A stretch of DNA of 64,000 nt from Spironucleus salmonicida. Its lineage: Eukaryota. This document shows, one piece after another, positions 34,322 through 46,457 of this stretch. The notes below the pieces were generated by a model. That model was given only the letters and a program-made list of their open reading frames with translations. It had not been told where the DNA came from and searched no databases. How positions within the stretch are numbered: the stretch's first letter is position 1; each line of letters opens with the position of its first letter. The translations under genes were made by a program, and so were the position numbers. The stretch spans positions 1,054,001 through 1,118,000 of the forward strand of contig NC_090596.1 of NCBI RefSeq assembly GCF_000497125.1. The letters run 5' to 3'.

Positions 34322-36790
34322 GTCTGGCACGCGGGTTATTATATGGTGGTGGTAATTGTTGTCCCGTAGAATGCCCACTACTTTTTCGTAGCAACATGCA
34401 GGACTGCCACTACCCACGCCAGCGCCGCCGCTTATTCTAGGCCGGGCTGTGTACCTGGCTGGGCTCGTACGCCCGCCGCCCACGAGTCCATTCGGTCCCA
34501 CAGGACGCGCGGGCTCGGTGTGCCCTCGTCCGTCGCAGCCGCCCCTACCAGAGAGTGAAATTCGACGAATGGGTCCCGTGCTAGGTGGGGTAAAGTCGTG
34601 GGCCGGACATGGGCCTGCAGAGCCCAATTCCCGCGACTACGGGAAACTCCGAATCTCCCTATCACTGCATCTGCACCAAATTCCCCAAAGCATCCAAAGG
34701 AGCAGCATATCATCGCCTGCATGGTAGGTCTGAGCTGTGGCACCTAGCACCCAGCTTATATGTCACCATAAGGAGGTCAATCTTCCACAAAAGGCTTTCA
34801 GCATTGTTACTAGCTTATCCTCTACGCCGCAGTGGAAGAGGCGAACGTCGCCTTCTTGGCGGCTAGGCTATCGAAGGGTGTTCAAATTGGAATAAGAATT
34901 CATATGTGCGAGGAGCTACACGGCTATCCCGAATAAGGTACTACGGCTGGTTAACTACCACACCAGAACCACATTTTACTGCGTTGCGCTTTTGGAAATT
35001 ATATTTATATAAGTATTTTAAACGTAGAGTGCCCTCGTGAAGAAAGCATAACGTTTCAGACTCATTCCCGGTGGTCAGCAAAGTGTACAGGACCTCGCTG
35101 CGCTGGCATCTAGTACTTACAACAGATAGCGTATGCCATCCGGTTGGTGATCCCTGGACCTAGGAATTTACTGCGACAAAACTCTCGGGACACGATGCGC
35201 GGAGAAACTACCAGGCGCTTGAGGTATTTTGCAAGCCGTGTTCATGTTTGGATCCACGGTCGGTGCTCTGAAGGTAATATTGCACTGCCTCCCAAATAAG
35301 CTCGCCTTGGGTCCCTCGGCGTAGATTCTGAAGGGCTAAGATCAAATACCTTGGCTGCACCCTTGAAGCAGTGCCACGTTGCGGGACGCCGTCCAAGGCT
35401 TTAACCGCATACGGTGTGGTGTCTCCGCTGCCCTTCGTGGTTCAGATCTAGCACGCGCGAGCTTCCAGTACGAATGAGCAGTAGACGCCCCTGGAGGACA
35501 GGCGCCCGCTTTGCAGCTGAACATGTTGCGGCAGAGTGGCAAGAATACTAAGCCGTACGACTCTTCTGACCTGTGCGTCGATGCGCAAATGAGGGCCGCC
35601 ATGCCACCAGCAGCAGGAGGCACGTAGGCCTAAGCTTAATCTTAAAATCACGCGAATTTGTCCATTAGGCTAGCCCCAAAGCCCAACAACATTCCCAGCG
35701 CTCCGTTACCTTCGTAAACTAGCCATCCTGCTTCCTCAAACTACCTGACTACCCAGGTCAGTCGTTACTGAGCGTTATGACTATGAGTACGCGGATACAA
35801 TAGCTTTTAGCAACCCTGAAAAACTACCTTCGGCCATATGGATCGTTACTAGCTGCAGGCTCTCCCTCTAACGCACAGAAAGCCCCCACTCATCCAAACG
35901 TCGCCGACGTCCAAAATCTAAGGCAACACAATGTATACTAATATGCCCTATGTGGGGATATTTGCAAAATGTCCTAATTGGAATTTCATGCTACTACGCG
36001 TACGGAGACCCTCTACCAGGCCCAAGAAACCCAAACTAGCTATTAAATATATTGGCCGTATCTCGGAGTGAAATTCCGCGTGGACAGACCAAAATGTCTA
36101 ACTCGCTATTTGGAGGCTTGCTTGCGACCAAAATATTTTCTGAGAGTAGGGTTTCACATAGTTAGTAAGTATAGCTGCATTTGGTAAGACACTTGCTCGA
36201 TGGAAATGACTCGCGAAGACTAATATTCTATCCAGGTATCAGTTTTTAGTGCAATTTTGGCAAGCTTTCTAGCACTTCGCCAGCTAAACGTTGACGAAAG
36301 GGGGTCTAGTTTACGCGCTAAGACGTACTAAACACTCCATCTCACAGGGTGGAAACAGCACTGAGCAGCTGCGCCAGAGCGTGCTCTGCGGTTGCGACTC
36401 GGAGGCATCAGCTAGTATTTAGTGCTAGCTCCACAGCACCATGCGCACTATGATTGCATAAATTTTATGCCCATCCTGCAGAGGACGGAGCTCAGGACCA
36501 AGGTGGGCGTAAGGGATGTTTCGAATCCCAGTGGTAGCATGACTAGGCGGCCTTGCGTAGTGCCCTTCTTCGCAGACCGCTGCGTGGTAGTGTTTGCTGT
36601 CGATATACGTCTAGGATGGATATAGGCTATATATGCTGTAGACTGGCTCGGATAGCACTACTACTCTGCCTTCCCCGCGGCGAACACGGTCTGGGAGAGT
36701 TGCGGCTAGTAATATGGTGCCGGGGTTCTGCTTCATTCGTGCGGGGCTCTACGCGAGTAGGGCGGTGAAAATGGTATACAAGTAAGGTCG

Positions 36791-37033
36791 TCACTGGCCC
36801 AGCTCCACCTCGCCGAGCGCCTCCAGGAAGGCGCTGAGGTCCAGGTCCATGAGGTTGCTGCACTGCCGCGTCCGCGCCCCGCCCCGCGCCTGCTCCGACA
36901 GCTCCGGGGTCTCCGCGGCGCCCTGCTACGCCACGCGCTGCACCAGGACCAGCTCGATCGCCGGCACCGCCACCTTGCCGCTGAGGGCGTTCTCGAAGTC
37001 CTCCAGCCTGCTGCTCTGCGCGCACGTCCCCAT
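36791..37033 (-). CDS. 80-aa hypothetical, copy 3
   Basis: Mirror of 16189-16431. Confidence 0.65.
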
Positions 37034-37144
37034 TTCGGGAGGGCGAGTGGATAATCCGAGGCCGCTGTTTCTGCCGCGGCGGCGATTTGTGTTCCGGGCA
37101 TCTACAGTGTTTCGGTCGCGGGCGGATGGGGTGCTGGCCCGCCC

Positions 37145-37561
37145 TCAGAGGTACACTGCGAGGCTGGAGAGGGCGAGGAAGGCGAGGGCGGCGAGCACCC
37201 CGAGGTTGGAGCAGAGCCCCGCCGTGGCTGCCGCGCCGCCCGCGGGGTTGGGGTAGCCCGGCAGCCGGAGCGCGGCGAGCGCGGCGTCGAACTGGCGCTT
37301 GACCCAGAAGTTCAGCAGCTGGTACGCGAGGAACGCGGCCAGCAGGGCGGTGGTGGAGAAGATGACCGTGAGCCCGAGGGCCTGGTCGCGCAGAGTGAGC
37401 CCGTTGAAGGCCATGATGAAGTAGCACGCTGCGAGGGACACCAGCAGGACCGCCGCGTCGTTCTGCTGCTTGTGGAGGAACTCGCTCATGGACACGCGGT
37501 ACTCGTAGTCCTGCAGCGAGGGCACCTGCGAGGCGGTCAGGATCGTGGACTGTGCTCCCAT
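37145..37561 (-). CDS. 138-aa multi-TM orphan, second intact copy
   Basis: Mirror of 15661-16077. Confidence 0.75.
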   Translation of the reverse strand: MGAQSTILTASQVPSLQDYEYRVSMSEFLHKQQNDAAVLLVSLAACYFIMAFNGLTLRDQALGLTVIFSTTALLAAFLAYQLLNFWVKRQFDAALAALRLPGYPNPAGGAAATAGLCSNLGVLAALAFLALSSLAVYL

Positions 37562-38739
37562 GGTGTGGGAGGGCACTCCAAGTAGCACTGCGAGGGTCTA
37601 CGGAGTAGGGCGTATGGCAGCGACCACAAGCCCGCCAGGATACCGTAGGCATATATTCACCCACGTCATGCCGGACTGCACCGAAAGGCATAGCCCGAGG
37701 TTCGTGCAGACTCAACTGGTTCGGAATAAAGTACAGGAAGCATTATTTATGCTTAGCCTTGAATTACGAGTTTCTGTCTTCAGTTTAACGATACCTATAG
37801 CCTAGGTATAGTATTTATGTTGCAACGTCAAGTCAAGAATATGATAATGGAAAGGAGAAACTAGCTTAATATAAATATTAAATACTAATAAAAGTGATAA
37901 TAAAGTATACGTTTACGTAAACTTATAGTATTGTTATATTATTTTGTAATTAGTCTGATTCGGCAAAAAAAGTTATTAGTCATTCCATAAAATATGTAGG
38001 CCAACTGCTGCAAGGGCGGAACCAAGTGCTCTGGTGACAGTCAGAGCATGAAGTGACCCTTTCTAATTTGCCTTTACACCTGCTTCTATCCTGTGTAAGG
38101 ACGTCATTATTGCCCTATAGTTGACTAAAATAAATATACATTATACTTTCCTTTAAATTAGAGCATACTCTACAATAGCATCCCGCGATGTAGGGCTTTT
38201 GTCAGAAATGAAATAAATAATGTAAATCTCATTCATCCCTGAGGCTCTGGATGAGTTGGTTCTTTCGTCTTGGGCTCATGATGCATTTTATCTTTCACTT
38301 TTTAAAACATATCTTTAACCTTGTGAGGTTTTTCTGTGTCAGGCTTTCTATTTTAATTTCGAGGAGAAAATCTATAAGGTATATTAATAGAAAATATTAT
38401 AATATTCTACGAGAAATTGACATTTTATGCTAGAAATCCATATTTCTGGTCTTGAGAGTAATATCAGACTTACAGAATGCAGAATCATACTGAAGTGATA
38501 TCTCACTCTCTGGTAGGGGCGGCTGCGACGGACGAGGGCACACCGAGCCCGCGCGTCCTGTGGGACCGAATGGACTCGTGGGCGGCGGGCGTACGAGCCC
38601 AGCCAGGTACACAGCCCGGCCTAGAATAAGCGGCGGCGCTGGCGTGGGTAGTGGCAGTCCTGCATGTTGCTACGAAAAAGTAGTGGGCATTCTACGGGAC
38701 AACAATTACCACCACCATATAATAACCCGCGTGCCAGAC

Positions 38740-39285
38740 ATGGGCGAGACGGTCAGCAGGCTGAGCGACCGCGTCCGGACCGACCTGTAGAAGGTGGAGC
38801 AGGCGCAGGCCATCTTGGGGCACAAGCAGCGCCCGGAGGCGTCGGCGGTGATGGCGATGGCGAACCCCGTGCTCGTCGCGCAGCGCGCATCCCCGTCCCA
38901 GCCTGGGATGCTGATGAAGAAGAACCAGAACGGTCGCGGGTGCCAGCCGGTCTCGGGCCTGTTCGCCCGGGACGAGGTTCTGCCGCCGCTGCTGGAGGAC
39001 CAGCAGGCGCCCCTGCAGACGGCGCGGCCCAACCCGACCATGGGAATGTCCGACTTCGCGGTCAAGAAGATCGACACCGCGAAGCTGAAGCGGCAGGACC
39101 ATCCGGCGCACCTGGCCACCTCGCGCATATCGTCGCGGCCGTCCCAGATATTCGCGGCGCCGAGCAAAACGAAGCGGGGCGGGTCCATCATGGAGAAGAT
39201 CGGAAGCAACCAGGTGGCGATCCGGCTGCCCAGCAGTGGGAGGACGATCCGGCTCACCATCGAGGGCGACGAGGAGATGGTCTGA
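38740..39285 (+). CDS. 181-aa hypothetical, copy 3
   Basis: Offset copy of 18901-19446. Confidence 0.7.
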
Positions 39286-39415
39286 GTGAGGTGCTTTCGC
39301 GGCACCCTTCCATTCTCGCGGGCGGGTATATTATGTGCTAATTGGCGCGCAGGCCAGAGCCGCGTCCGCATTCGGAGTATATACTCGGCCCTCGCGGCGG
39401 GCCATCCCTCCGCAA

Positions 39416-39613
39416 ATGCACCTGCCGCTGCTCCTCGCGCACACGGGCACCCCGTCCCCGGCCCGGCGCTCCCCCGGCCTCGCGACGCTGCCCTACCTGC
39501 AGCAGTGCGGCCTGCGGAACCAGCGCCTGCGCTCCTCCCTGGACGAGAAGTGGGGCCAGTTCGAGGCCATCAAGGCCCGGATCCGCCGCACGGCCAGCGG
39601 GCTGCGCCAGTGA
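39416..39613 (+). CDS. 65-aa hypothetical, copy 3
   Basis: Offset copy of 19577-19774. Confidence 0.55.
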   Translation: MHLPLLLAHTGTPSPARRSPGLATLPYLQQCGLRNQRLRSSLDEKWGQFEAIKARIRRTASGLRQ

Positions 39614-39624
39614 GCCTCGTTTTC

Positions 39625-39984
39625 TCACTCGCACGGCCGCTCCGGGTCTGGCGCGCGGCCCTTCAGACTGCAGCCCGGCGGCCGGGGGACCCGCCGCACC
39701 CGCGTCGGCCGGTGGGAGGGCGCCTCGTGCTGGCCCAGGAAGGCGCTGATCTCGTCCGCGCGCACGACCTCGGTCCTCTGGCGCACCTGCTGCGCCTTGA
39801 TGCGCGCGATGTCCTGGCGCAAGACGACTGCGGCTGGCTTGGCCTGCTCGGGCGGGTTGGTGAAGTGCAGCGAGGGCAGCTGCCGCACGGGGTCGTACCT
39901 GCCGACCTGCAGGAGCCGGGTCTGGAGGTTGACGGCGGCGCGGTTCTGCGCGTACTGCTTCTTGAGGTGCTTCGCGGCCATCAT
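39625..39984 (-). CDS. 119-aa hypothetical, copy 3
   Basis: Offset copy of 19786-20145. Confidence 0.6.
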   Translation of the reverse strand: MMAAKHLKKQYAQNRAAVNLQTRLLQVGRYDPVRQLPSLHFTNPPEQAKPAAVVLRQDIARIKAQQVRQRTEVVRADEISAFLGQHEAPSHRPTRVRRVPRPPGCSLKGRAPDPERPCE

Positions 39985-40100
39985 GGGGCAGGTGGCAGGG
40001 GGCGTATAATAACTAATATCGGTGTTCGGCGAAAGACCGCATACTGGCTAATACACGCACTCCACATGGGACGGCGCGGGCCAAAAGATAAACCAAGAGA

Positions 40101-41828
40101 TCACTGCGCGTAGTCGAACTGCATCTTGAAGTGGTGCAGGCTGAGCTGCCTGAGGCCGGCACGGTCCACCACGCCACGGATGTCCGCCCTGCAGTCGAAG
40201 AGGAACTTGATCCAGAGCGCGGCTGCGTCCAGGTCCGAGTCGCTGTAGAGCTGCCTGGGGATCGCGAGGCGCACGAAGTTCCCGCTGACGGCCTCCACGC
40301 TCTTGTAGGGCGCGTTGCCGTGGGGCGAGTAGAACGCGGAGACGCCGAGCTCGCAGCCGCGGATGCCCTTCGCGAGCATGAGGCCGACGAGGGCGTTGCC
40401 GAGGAACTGGGCGCGCTTGTCCCTGCCGAAGAACCTGTCCACGTCGATGTACACCGCGGAGGTGCCGCAGGGGTCGAGCACGGGGATGCCGAGCGCCTTG
40501 AGCTGGGCCGCGAACCGCTGGACCTGGTCGATCCTGCCCTTGAGGTAGTTGAACTCCACGACCTGCTGGAGGCCCGCGCACGCCGCCTTGATGTCGCGGC
40601 CGGTAAGGGCGCCGTAGGTGAAGTGGCCCACCTTGAGGATGACGCCGTCCATGATCTGCTGGAGGATGCAGCCGGTCTCCTACCCCACGAACTGCCCGAA
40701 GTTAACCGACTCGGGGGCGAAGCATACCGCGCCGCCGCAGTTGGCGATGCCGTCCTTCTTGAGCGAGATGGTGAAGCCGTCCACGAGCGCGAAGGTCTTG
40801 TGCACGATCTCCCGGACGGACAGGGGCGAGTCCTCGATGGTCTTGATGAGGTAGGCGTTCTCGGCGAAGCGGCAGGCGTCCATGATGTAGGGGATACCGT
40901 GCTTCTTACAGAGGGCCGACACCGCCTCGATGTGCTGCAGCGACACGGGCTGGGAGCCGCCGGAGTTGTTGGTGATCGTGGTGAATACGATCGCGGTCTT
41001 CCCGGGGGCGGCCTCCACGTTCCGGCTGAGCAGCTCGAAGTCCCCGTCGCCGAGGTACTTGTCAGATGCGCAGTAGGTGCCATCGCGCACCTTGGGGTTG
41101 GGGTGGTTCATGAGGTTGAAGGTGACGCGGACGGTCTTGCCGTCGGGCGCGCGGAACGGCTTGTCCGTGATGTCCAGGATGTGGCCCGAGGTGGTGTCGA
41201 AGAAGTTGTTCGTGCAGATGACGTTGTAGTCGACTGCGCCCTCGATGGTCCGGTAGTCGCGGTTGACGAGGGCCTGTGCGAGTGCGGGGAACAGCTGGTT
41301 CTCGGCGCCGCGGCCCTGGTTGACGATGTAGTTGAAGTTCTTGCGGAGCTTGTACTGCTCGTTGAGGGCCTGGTTGCGGTGCTTGCCCAGGAACACCGAG
41401 GCGTAGCGCTCACCGAAGATGTCGGCCATGGTGTCGTTGAACTGGTACCAGCCCTCGTTGGAGCCGTAGGACTCGTCTCCCTGCATCATCTGGCCCCACT
41501 GCGCGGTGGTCATGGCGGAGGAGCCGGAGTCCGAGAGGAAGTCCACCTCGAGGTGGTCGGCGGGCATGTAGAAGGAGTTGAGCCCGACCTCGATGACCTT
41601 GGCGGCGCGGATCTGGAACTCTTCCCGGGGGTCCGCGGCCAGCTGGTTCTTGGGCTTGACCACGTGATTGATGAAGGGCCGGAAGGCGGAGTTGAGCGCC
41701 TGGGCCATCACGAGGAGCTCCGGGGGGATCTGGCTGACCCTGTCGGCCTGGGTAGTCTTCCAGGCCTCGAAGCGGTCGTAGAAGGACGTGAGGTAGGCGA
41801 GCTGCTGGGCGGGTTCCATGGCTTGCAT
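40101..41828 (-). CDS. tnaA: Tryptophanase, copy 3
   Basis: Offset copy of 20262-21989; same protein. Confidence 0.9.
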
Positions 41829-42064
41829 TTTATGGGGGAAGGATTGAAAACGGGAGCGAAAAATTAGTCATGCTTTCGGGGCGGCAGGCGATTCCGAGGA
41901 AACTTAAGAATACTTCGAAGCTAACTGTACAACGGCGGGAGAATATCGGTATGAAGGGGAAAAGTTGGTCACCAATTATAAGTAGTTGTGCGAGTGGATA
42001 CAATTTGGGCCCGCAAGGAGTGCACCACTCCGATCTGATTTGTGATTTGGTGAGAAAGCAAGGG

Positions 42065-42418
42065 TCACTTGGCGAGCATGGCGACGATGTCCTCCTCGAT
42101 GGTCGCCTTGGGGCTCTCGACGATCCTGCCGACCTCCTGCGCGCCCTTGAAGACGACGAGGGTGGGGATGTTGGTGACCCCGAGGCGCTTGGCGATGCCC
42201 TGGGGGTCGTTCTTCTGCCTGTCGACCACGACGTCGACGATCTTGACGGCGGGGAGCGCGGCCACGATCTTCTTCAGCAGGGGCAGCGTGTAGGTGCAGT
42301 CGCCGCACCAGTCGGCGTGCACGACGGTGATGCTGAGGTCCTTGTGGGCCTGGAGGGCGGCCACGGCGGCGGCGACGGGCTCGTACCAGTCTGAGGTTTC
42401 GTACTGCGCGTAGTTCAT
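42065..42418 (-). CDS. WCGDC thioredoxin-family protein, copy 3
   Basis: Offset copy of 22226-22579. Confidence 0.88.
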   Translation of the reverse strand: MNYAQYETSDWYEPVAAAVAALQAHKDLSITVVHADWCGDCTYTLPLLKKIVAALPAVKIVDVVVDRQKNDPQGIAKRLGVTNIPTLVVFKGAQEVGRIVESPKATIEEDIVAMLAK

Positions 42419-42471
42419 GCGGGTGGAGCGGTGATTTAAAACCGATCGGGCCGCAAGCGTATAATACAGTG

Positions 42472-43275
42472 TCACATTCCCATCACCACGCGCTTCACCC
42501 ACATCGCGCCCGCCTCCCTCTTGAGCACCAGCACCAGCCGGCGCTCGCCCACGAACACGCTCGGGTTCCAGCCCACGCCCAGCAGCGCCCCCAGCTGCCC
42601 GTGCTGCCGCAGCGCCTCCTGCACCGCCCGGAAGCCGAAGTGGCCCGCGACCCCCGCGCCCTCGCCGGCCTGCGCGTAGCTGGCGGACACCTGGCTCATC
42701 TGCGTCCCGAGCTGCAGCGTCTTCACGCCCTCCGCGTGCAGCACCGCCACCTCCACGGTCTCGTCGCCCTCCACCAGCAGGCCGAAGAGCTGCGGCGCCC
42801 GCGCGAACAGCTGGAACTCCTGGCTGGGCGCGCCGTCGCCGAGCCCGTCCTCGACCATCTGCAGCTCCTGGACGACCGCGTTCAGGCTCTGGTTGCGCAG
42901 AAACCCGATCGGCACCTGCAGCTTCGCCTCGATCGCGTGCTCCGCGAAGTCGCTGCCCTCCTGGAAGAAGCGGGCGTCCAGGAAGGGCTTGTCGCCGGCC
43001 TCCTGGGTGAGAACGAAGCTTGCGTCGAAGTCCTGGAGGTTCTCGAGTTGGAAGATGCGGGAGAAGCGCACGCCCACCGGGTGCGAGCCGGCGAGGTCCA
43101 GGGCGCTGAAGAGGAAGGAGCTGGCGAGGCTGTAGACGCCGCCGGCCTGGGGGTCGAAGACCTGCACGGTGGCGGAGGTGGGCCGGAAGATGAAGACCGC
43201 GGTGTCCGAGAGCAGCGCCAGCAGCTGGGTGAACTGCTGGAGGTGCCGCGCCGTGAGGTAGAGCCGCAGGTGCAT
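42472..43275 (-). CDS. Possible PCNA/9-1-1-like protein, copy 3
   Basis: Offset copy of 22633-23436. Confidence 0.5.
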   Translation of the reverse strand: MHLRLYLTARHLQQFTQLLALLSDTAVFIFRPTSATVQVFDPQAGGVYSLASSFLFSALDLAGSHPVGVRFSRIFQLENLQDFDASFVLTQEAGDKPFLDARFFQEGSDFAEHAIEAKLQVPIGFLRNQSLNAVVQELQMVEDGLGDGAPSQEFQLFARAPQLFGLLVEGDETVEVAVLHAEGVKTLQLGTQMSQVSASYAQAGEGAGVAGHFGFRAVQEALRQHGQLGALLGVGWNPSVFVGERRLVLVLKREAGAMWVKRVVMGM

Positions 43276-43293
43276 TGTGGAGTGGGACTACGC

Positions 43294-44268
43294 TCACTGC
43301 ACCGCGTTGAAGAAGTACTGCCGCTGCTCCGCGCCGTCGTAGCAGAGGAACTTGCCGCGCTGGCACATCTCCTCCAGCCAGTCCACCTCGAAGCCCGTGA
43401 AGTCGCCCTGGCGCAGGAAGCGGAAGCCGTGCAGCTCGCACGTCCGGCCGCGGATGCGCTCGTTGATGTCCGCCGCGAAGCTCCGGTCCAGGAGGTACTT
43501 CCGCCCGTTCAGCACCTTCACCGCCCAGCCGTCCAGCCCCTCGCACACCCGGACCATCGCGTCGGGCGCGATCAGGTTCCCGCTGCGCGCCTTGTTCCAG
43601 CGCCCGTACACGCGGTCCAGCGGCATGATGCCGCGCGCCTGCATCCGGCCCAGCACCCCGTCCAGCTCGTCCCGGAGGCGGGGCAGGTCGCGCGCGGGGC
43701 TCTGGATCTGCAGGTCCAGCTCCTGGTCGATCAGCGCCACCTCGCCCTTGAGCGCGTCGTCCTGGAACCGGTTCTGGGCGATCACGCGGCGGATCTTGGC
43801 GATCAGCTCCAGCAGCGACGCCGCGTTCTGCTGCAGCTGCGCGAAGGTGTTCGAGGAGGTCGATATCGCGAACTAAAGTGCGTTGGTGAGCGCCTGCTCG
43901 CGCTGCTGCACTGGGAGGGCGGAGATAAATTTCCGGGCGGACACCTGCTGCATGGTCGCGTTGAAAAACTCGGCCAGAGCCGCAGGAGTCGCAAAGCCAT
44001 GCAGGGCGTACCGCTTCGGGCCAAAGTACAGGGTGATGCCGGCGGGGGTCCTCTGCACGTTGGTCACGTCGTGGAGGTTAAAGCAGAAGAACGCGCCCTC
44101 CACCTGTAAGTGGAGGCTGGTCTGCGTCAGGAAAGCGCGCGCCTAGCACTCCTCGAAGCTCAGGGCCGCGTCCTGGAAGACTCTTTCGTCCGAGAGTAGA
44201 TACGGGGCGTGGCGGTCGGACTCGGCGTGGGTGGAGAAATTTAGAGGGCGGAACCGCTTGATGTCCAT
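43294..44268 (-). CDS. VPS36: Vps36/EAP45, copy 3
   Basis: Offset copy of 23455-24429 with two private amino-acid changes. Confidence 0.78.
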
Positions 44269-44627
44269 TCTGGCATTGGGGCGATTGGTATATAATATAT
44301 TTGGCCACTGGGGAAAATGCATCGCTCACGGTCCTAGCGTCGCCAGGCCTTGGGCGTACGCCCTCTCGGCGGAATTGGGGTCCCAATGCCGCAAGCAGCT
44401 GCCTAGCCAGCCCTGCTGCGAAGTATCCGGCCCGGGAACAGGCTGCGGCCAGCACCTTGCCCACTTAGCAAGCGGCATCGTACCGGACCGGGCGTGGCCA
44501 GCTGGGCAGCTCTGCGATACGCTCCCCTGCCATCCTGGTGTGGGGTATGGGACCTACGTAACGATGCCCGAGATTCCGGGGAGAGCGCATTTGCAGCAGA
44601 GAGGCATGGGCATGAAATTAGAAAAGG

Positions 44628-44759
44628 TCACTTCTTGCACTGGCCCTCGGTGCAGCACTTCTTCTCTTCGTTGCACTTCTTATCGGTGCAATTCTTGTCG
44701 GTGCACTCCTTCTTCTCCTGGCAGCATTCTTTCTTGTCCTAGCAGCACTTACCCTCCAT
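44628..44759 (-). CDS. Metallothionein-like peptide type 2, copy 3
   Basis: Same peptide as 28302-28433. Confidence 0.75.
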
Positions 44760-45959
44760 TGATCGAGGAAGGGGTCACCAAATCTGGAAGGAATATCCGA
44801 GTATATTCGGATAATACGCCCATGCCCGCGGTATACGATTTCGTATTGTAGGACCGCCTGCGTCTGGAGATGTATACTTTCTACTACCGTAACTGAGCGA
44901 TCTATTTTTGAAAATTGTCCTGCAAAGCGACTTTAGAAGTGAAATTTGAACTCGTTATGCATCAGAAATTCATTAAAACATCCCCACATGTAGCAGCTTC
45001 AGTTTCAAAATACCAAGTACGAAAATTTTCTCTAGATTTATTGGAGCTTAGTAGGTCAGACTTGATTGATATTAGGTAGTAGTCACTTCTCTAATAGATT
45101 ATTATTCGACAGTATACTAATGGATTAAAATGTAAATAGTTCACCTCTAAGCATACATAAGATAAACTAAGCTGGTCGGTAACCTACCCAAATATACCTG
45201 GACGTGTCTAGACTTCACGTTACTAGTCGCTTACGAATTCATAGTCTATCGGGCAATCTAGATTAACTTGTTACCTACTGATTATTTGAACCTACGCTAA
45301 TCCTAGGCAAAAGGCGTCCATCAATAAATAGTGCTTTCGTTGAGTATCTTTCCAATACCAAAAATTGAAATCTAGCATGATGCTGTGTAAGTAATGCTAG
45401 TATTATGTTCATCAGTAGGGCGTACTACTAACCCTGCTGATAGTTCGTGGGGTTCGCATGACAGTGATTCATTACATTCATTTGGGCTTCCTAGCAAGCA
45501 GAAGATCTTAGGCTGATACAACATATAACTCTATACTTATACAGTTCGATTGCAAAAATGACAACGGAGACTTTAAATCTATCTAGTTTTGATGATATGC
45601 ATTGCTTGTTGTGAGTACGCAGAGGATGACATCACTCATGAATATACGGGCAGTTCTCTCCGAGTTTGCAAACTCCTTCTTTAAAATGTCTGCAAACAGT
45701 TTGTATCTTCGTGGTCTTTACTGTTAGGACTGGATTTAATATTTCTAGGATCTCCTAGTCTGAAAGCTTTTTGTTGATAGGAGCCTAAAAGTTTTTCTTA
45801 AAAGTGGTTTTTTAATATTTATAATCATAAGTCTCATCGTTACTAGAAAATTATATCGTTGCTTCTTCATTAAATGGTAAGTCAATAAGCTCTTACATGT
45901 TTGAAGTGGTAAAGTTATCAAGATTAAATAAAAATTATATAATATTTATTCATAAATTA

Positions 45960-46457
45960 TCACTCGAGGGCTTTTTCAGCAGCGACACCTTGCTTCTTAG
46001 GAGAAACAATAATCTGACAATGGCAAGGCTGAGAATTGAAAGCAGTAACACGACCATGAGCTCTATATAATCTTCTACGGTGACCAACTGCCTGACCGCA
46101 GAAAGTGTCTAAAACAATAAGATCAGCGTCTTCAACGTTGTGTTGGGCGCGAGCGTGGGCGGCAGCCTGCTTAAGGAGGTCCATAACAATAGCGACAGAC
46201 TTTTCAGGGAAACGACCATGGTTTATTCCCCAGGCCTTTGCTTCAGCATGACGAGAGCATCCACCGTGGAATTTGTAAAAAGGTACAATTTCAGAGTGAT
46301 CAAGAACGTTAGAAAGATATTTCATTGCGCGAGGGATTGACATACCACGGATGGCGAAAAGGGTGTTGTGAGTATTTTTGTAAGAAACTTTACAGGAATC
46401 AACTTTAGCCTTGCCAACCTTATCAGAGCCGGAAACATATGCGTACTTGACGACCAT
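45960..46457 (-). CDS. RPL17: 60S ribosomal protein L17 (uL22)
   Basis: KVSYKNTHNT..AIRGM, GRFPEKS and RRLYRAHGRVTAFNSQPCH are eukaryotic uL22 motifs. CCACTCC upstream; ends GAG-TGA. Confidence 0.95.
   Translation of the reverse strand: MVVKYAYVSGSDKVGKAKVDSCKVSYKNTHNTLFAIRGMSIPRAMKYLSNVLDHSEIVPFYKFHGGCSRHAEAKAWGINHGRFPEKSVAIVMDLLKQAAAHARAQHNVEDADLIVLDTFCGQAVGHRRRLYRAHGRVTAFNSQPCHCQIIVSPKKQGVAAEKALE

Larger units (their letters stand above)
27562..38346. repeat. Right arm of the 10.8-kb inverted repeat
   Basis: Reverse complement of 14876-25660. Confidence 0.97.
38503..44852. repeat. Third, partial copy (6.35 kb) of the cassette; direct repeat of 18664-25013
   Basis: Constant offset 19839 from the left arm (20841->40680). 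Confidence 0.96.

Noticed and set aside
14876-38346. Giant DNA transposon or Polinton with terminal inverted repeats
   Set aside because: No transposase, integrase, polymerase or target-site duplication seen; the arms consist of cellular genes.
18901-44852. Bacterial contamination or a bacterial operon explaining the GC-rich block
   Set aside because: It includes eukaryote-specific Vps36, uses TAG = Gln, and shares the host's start and stop motifs.
44853-45800. Possible gene remnant after the third-copy junction
   Set aside because: Only short uninformative frames (~110 codons); cannot support a call.
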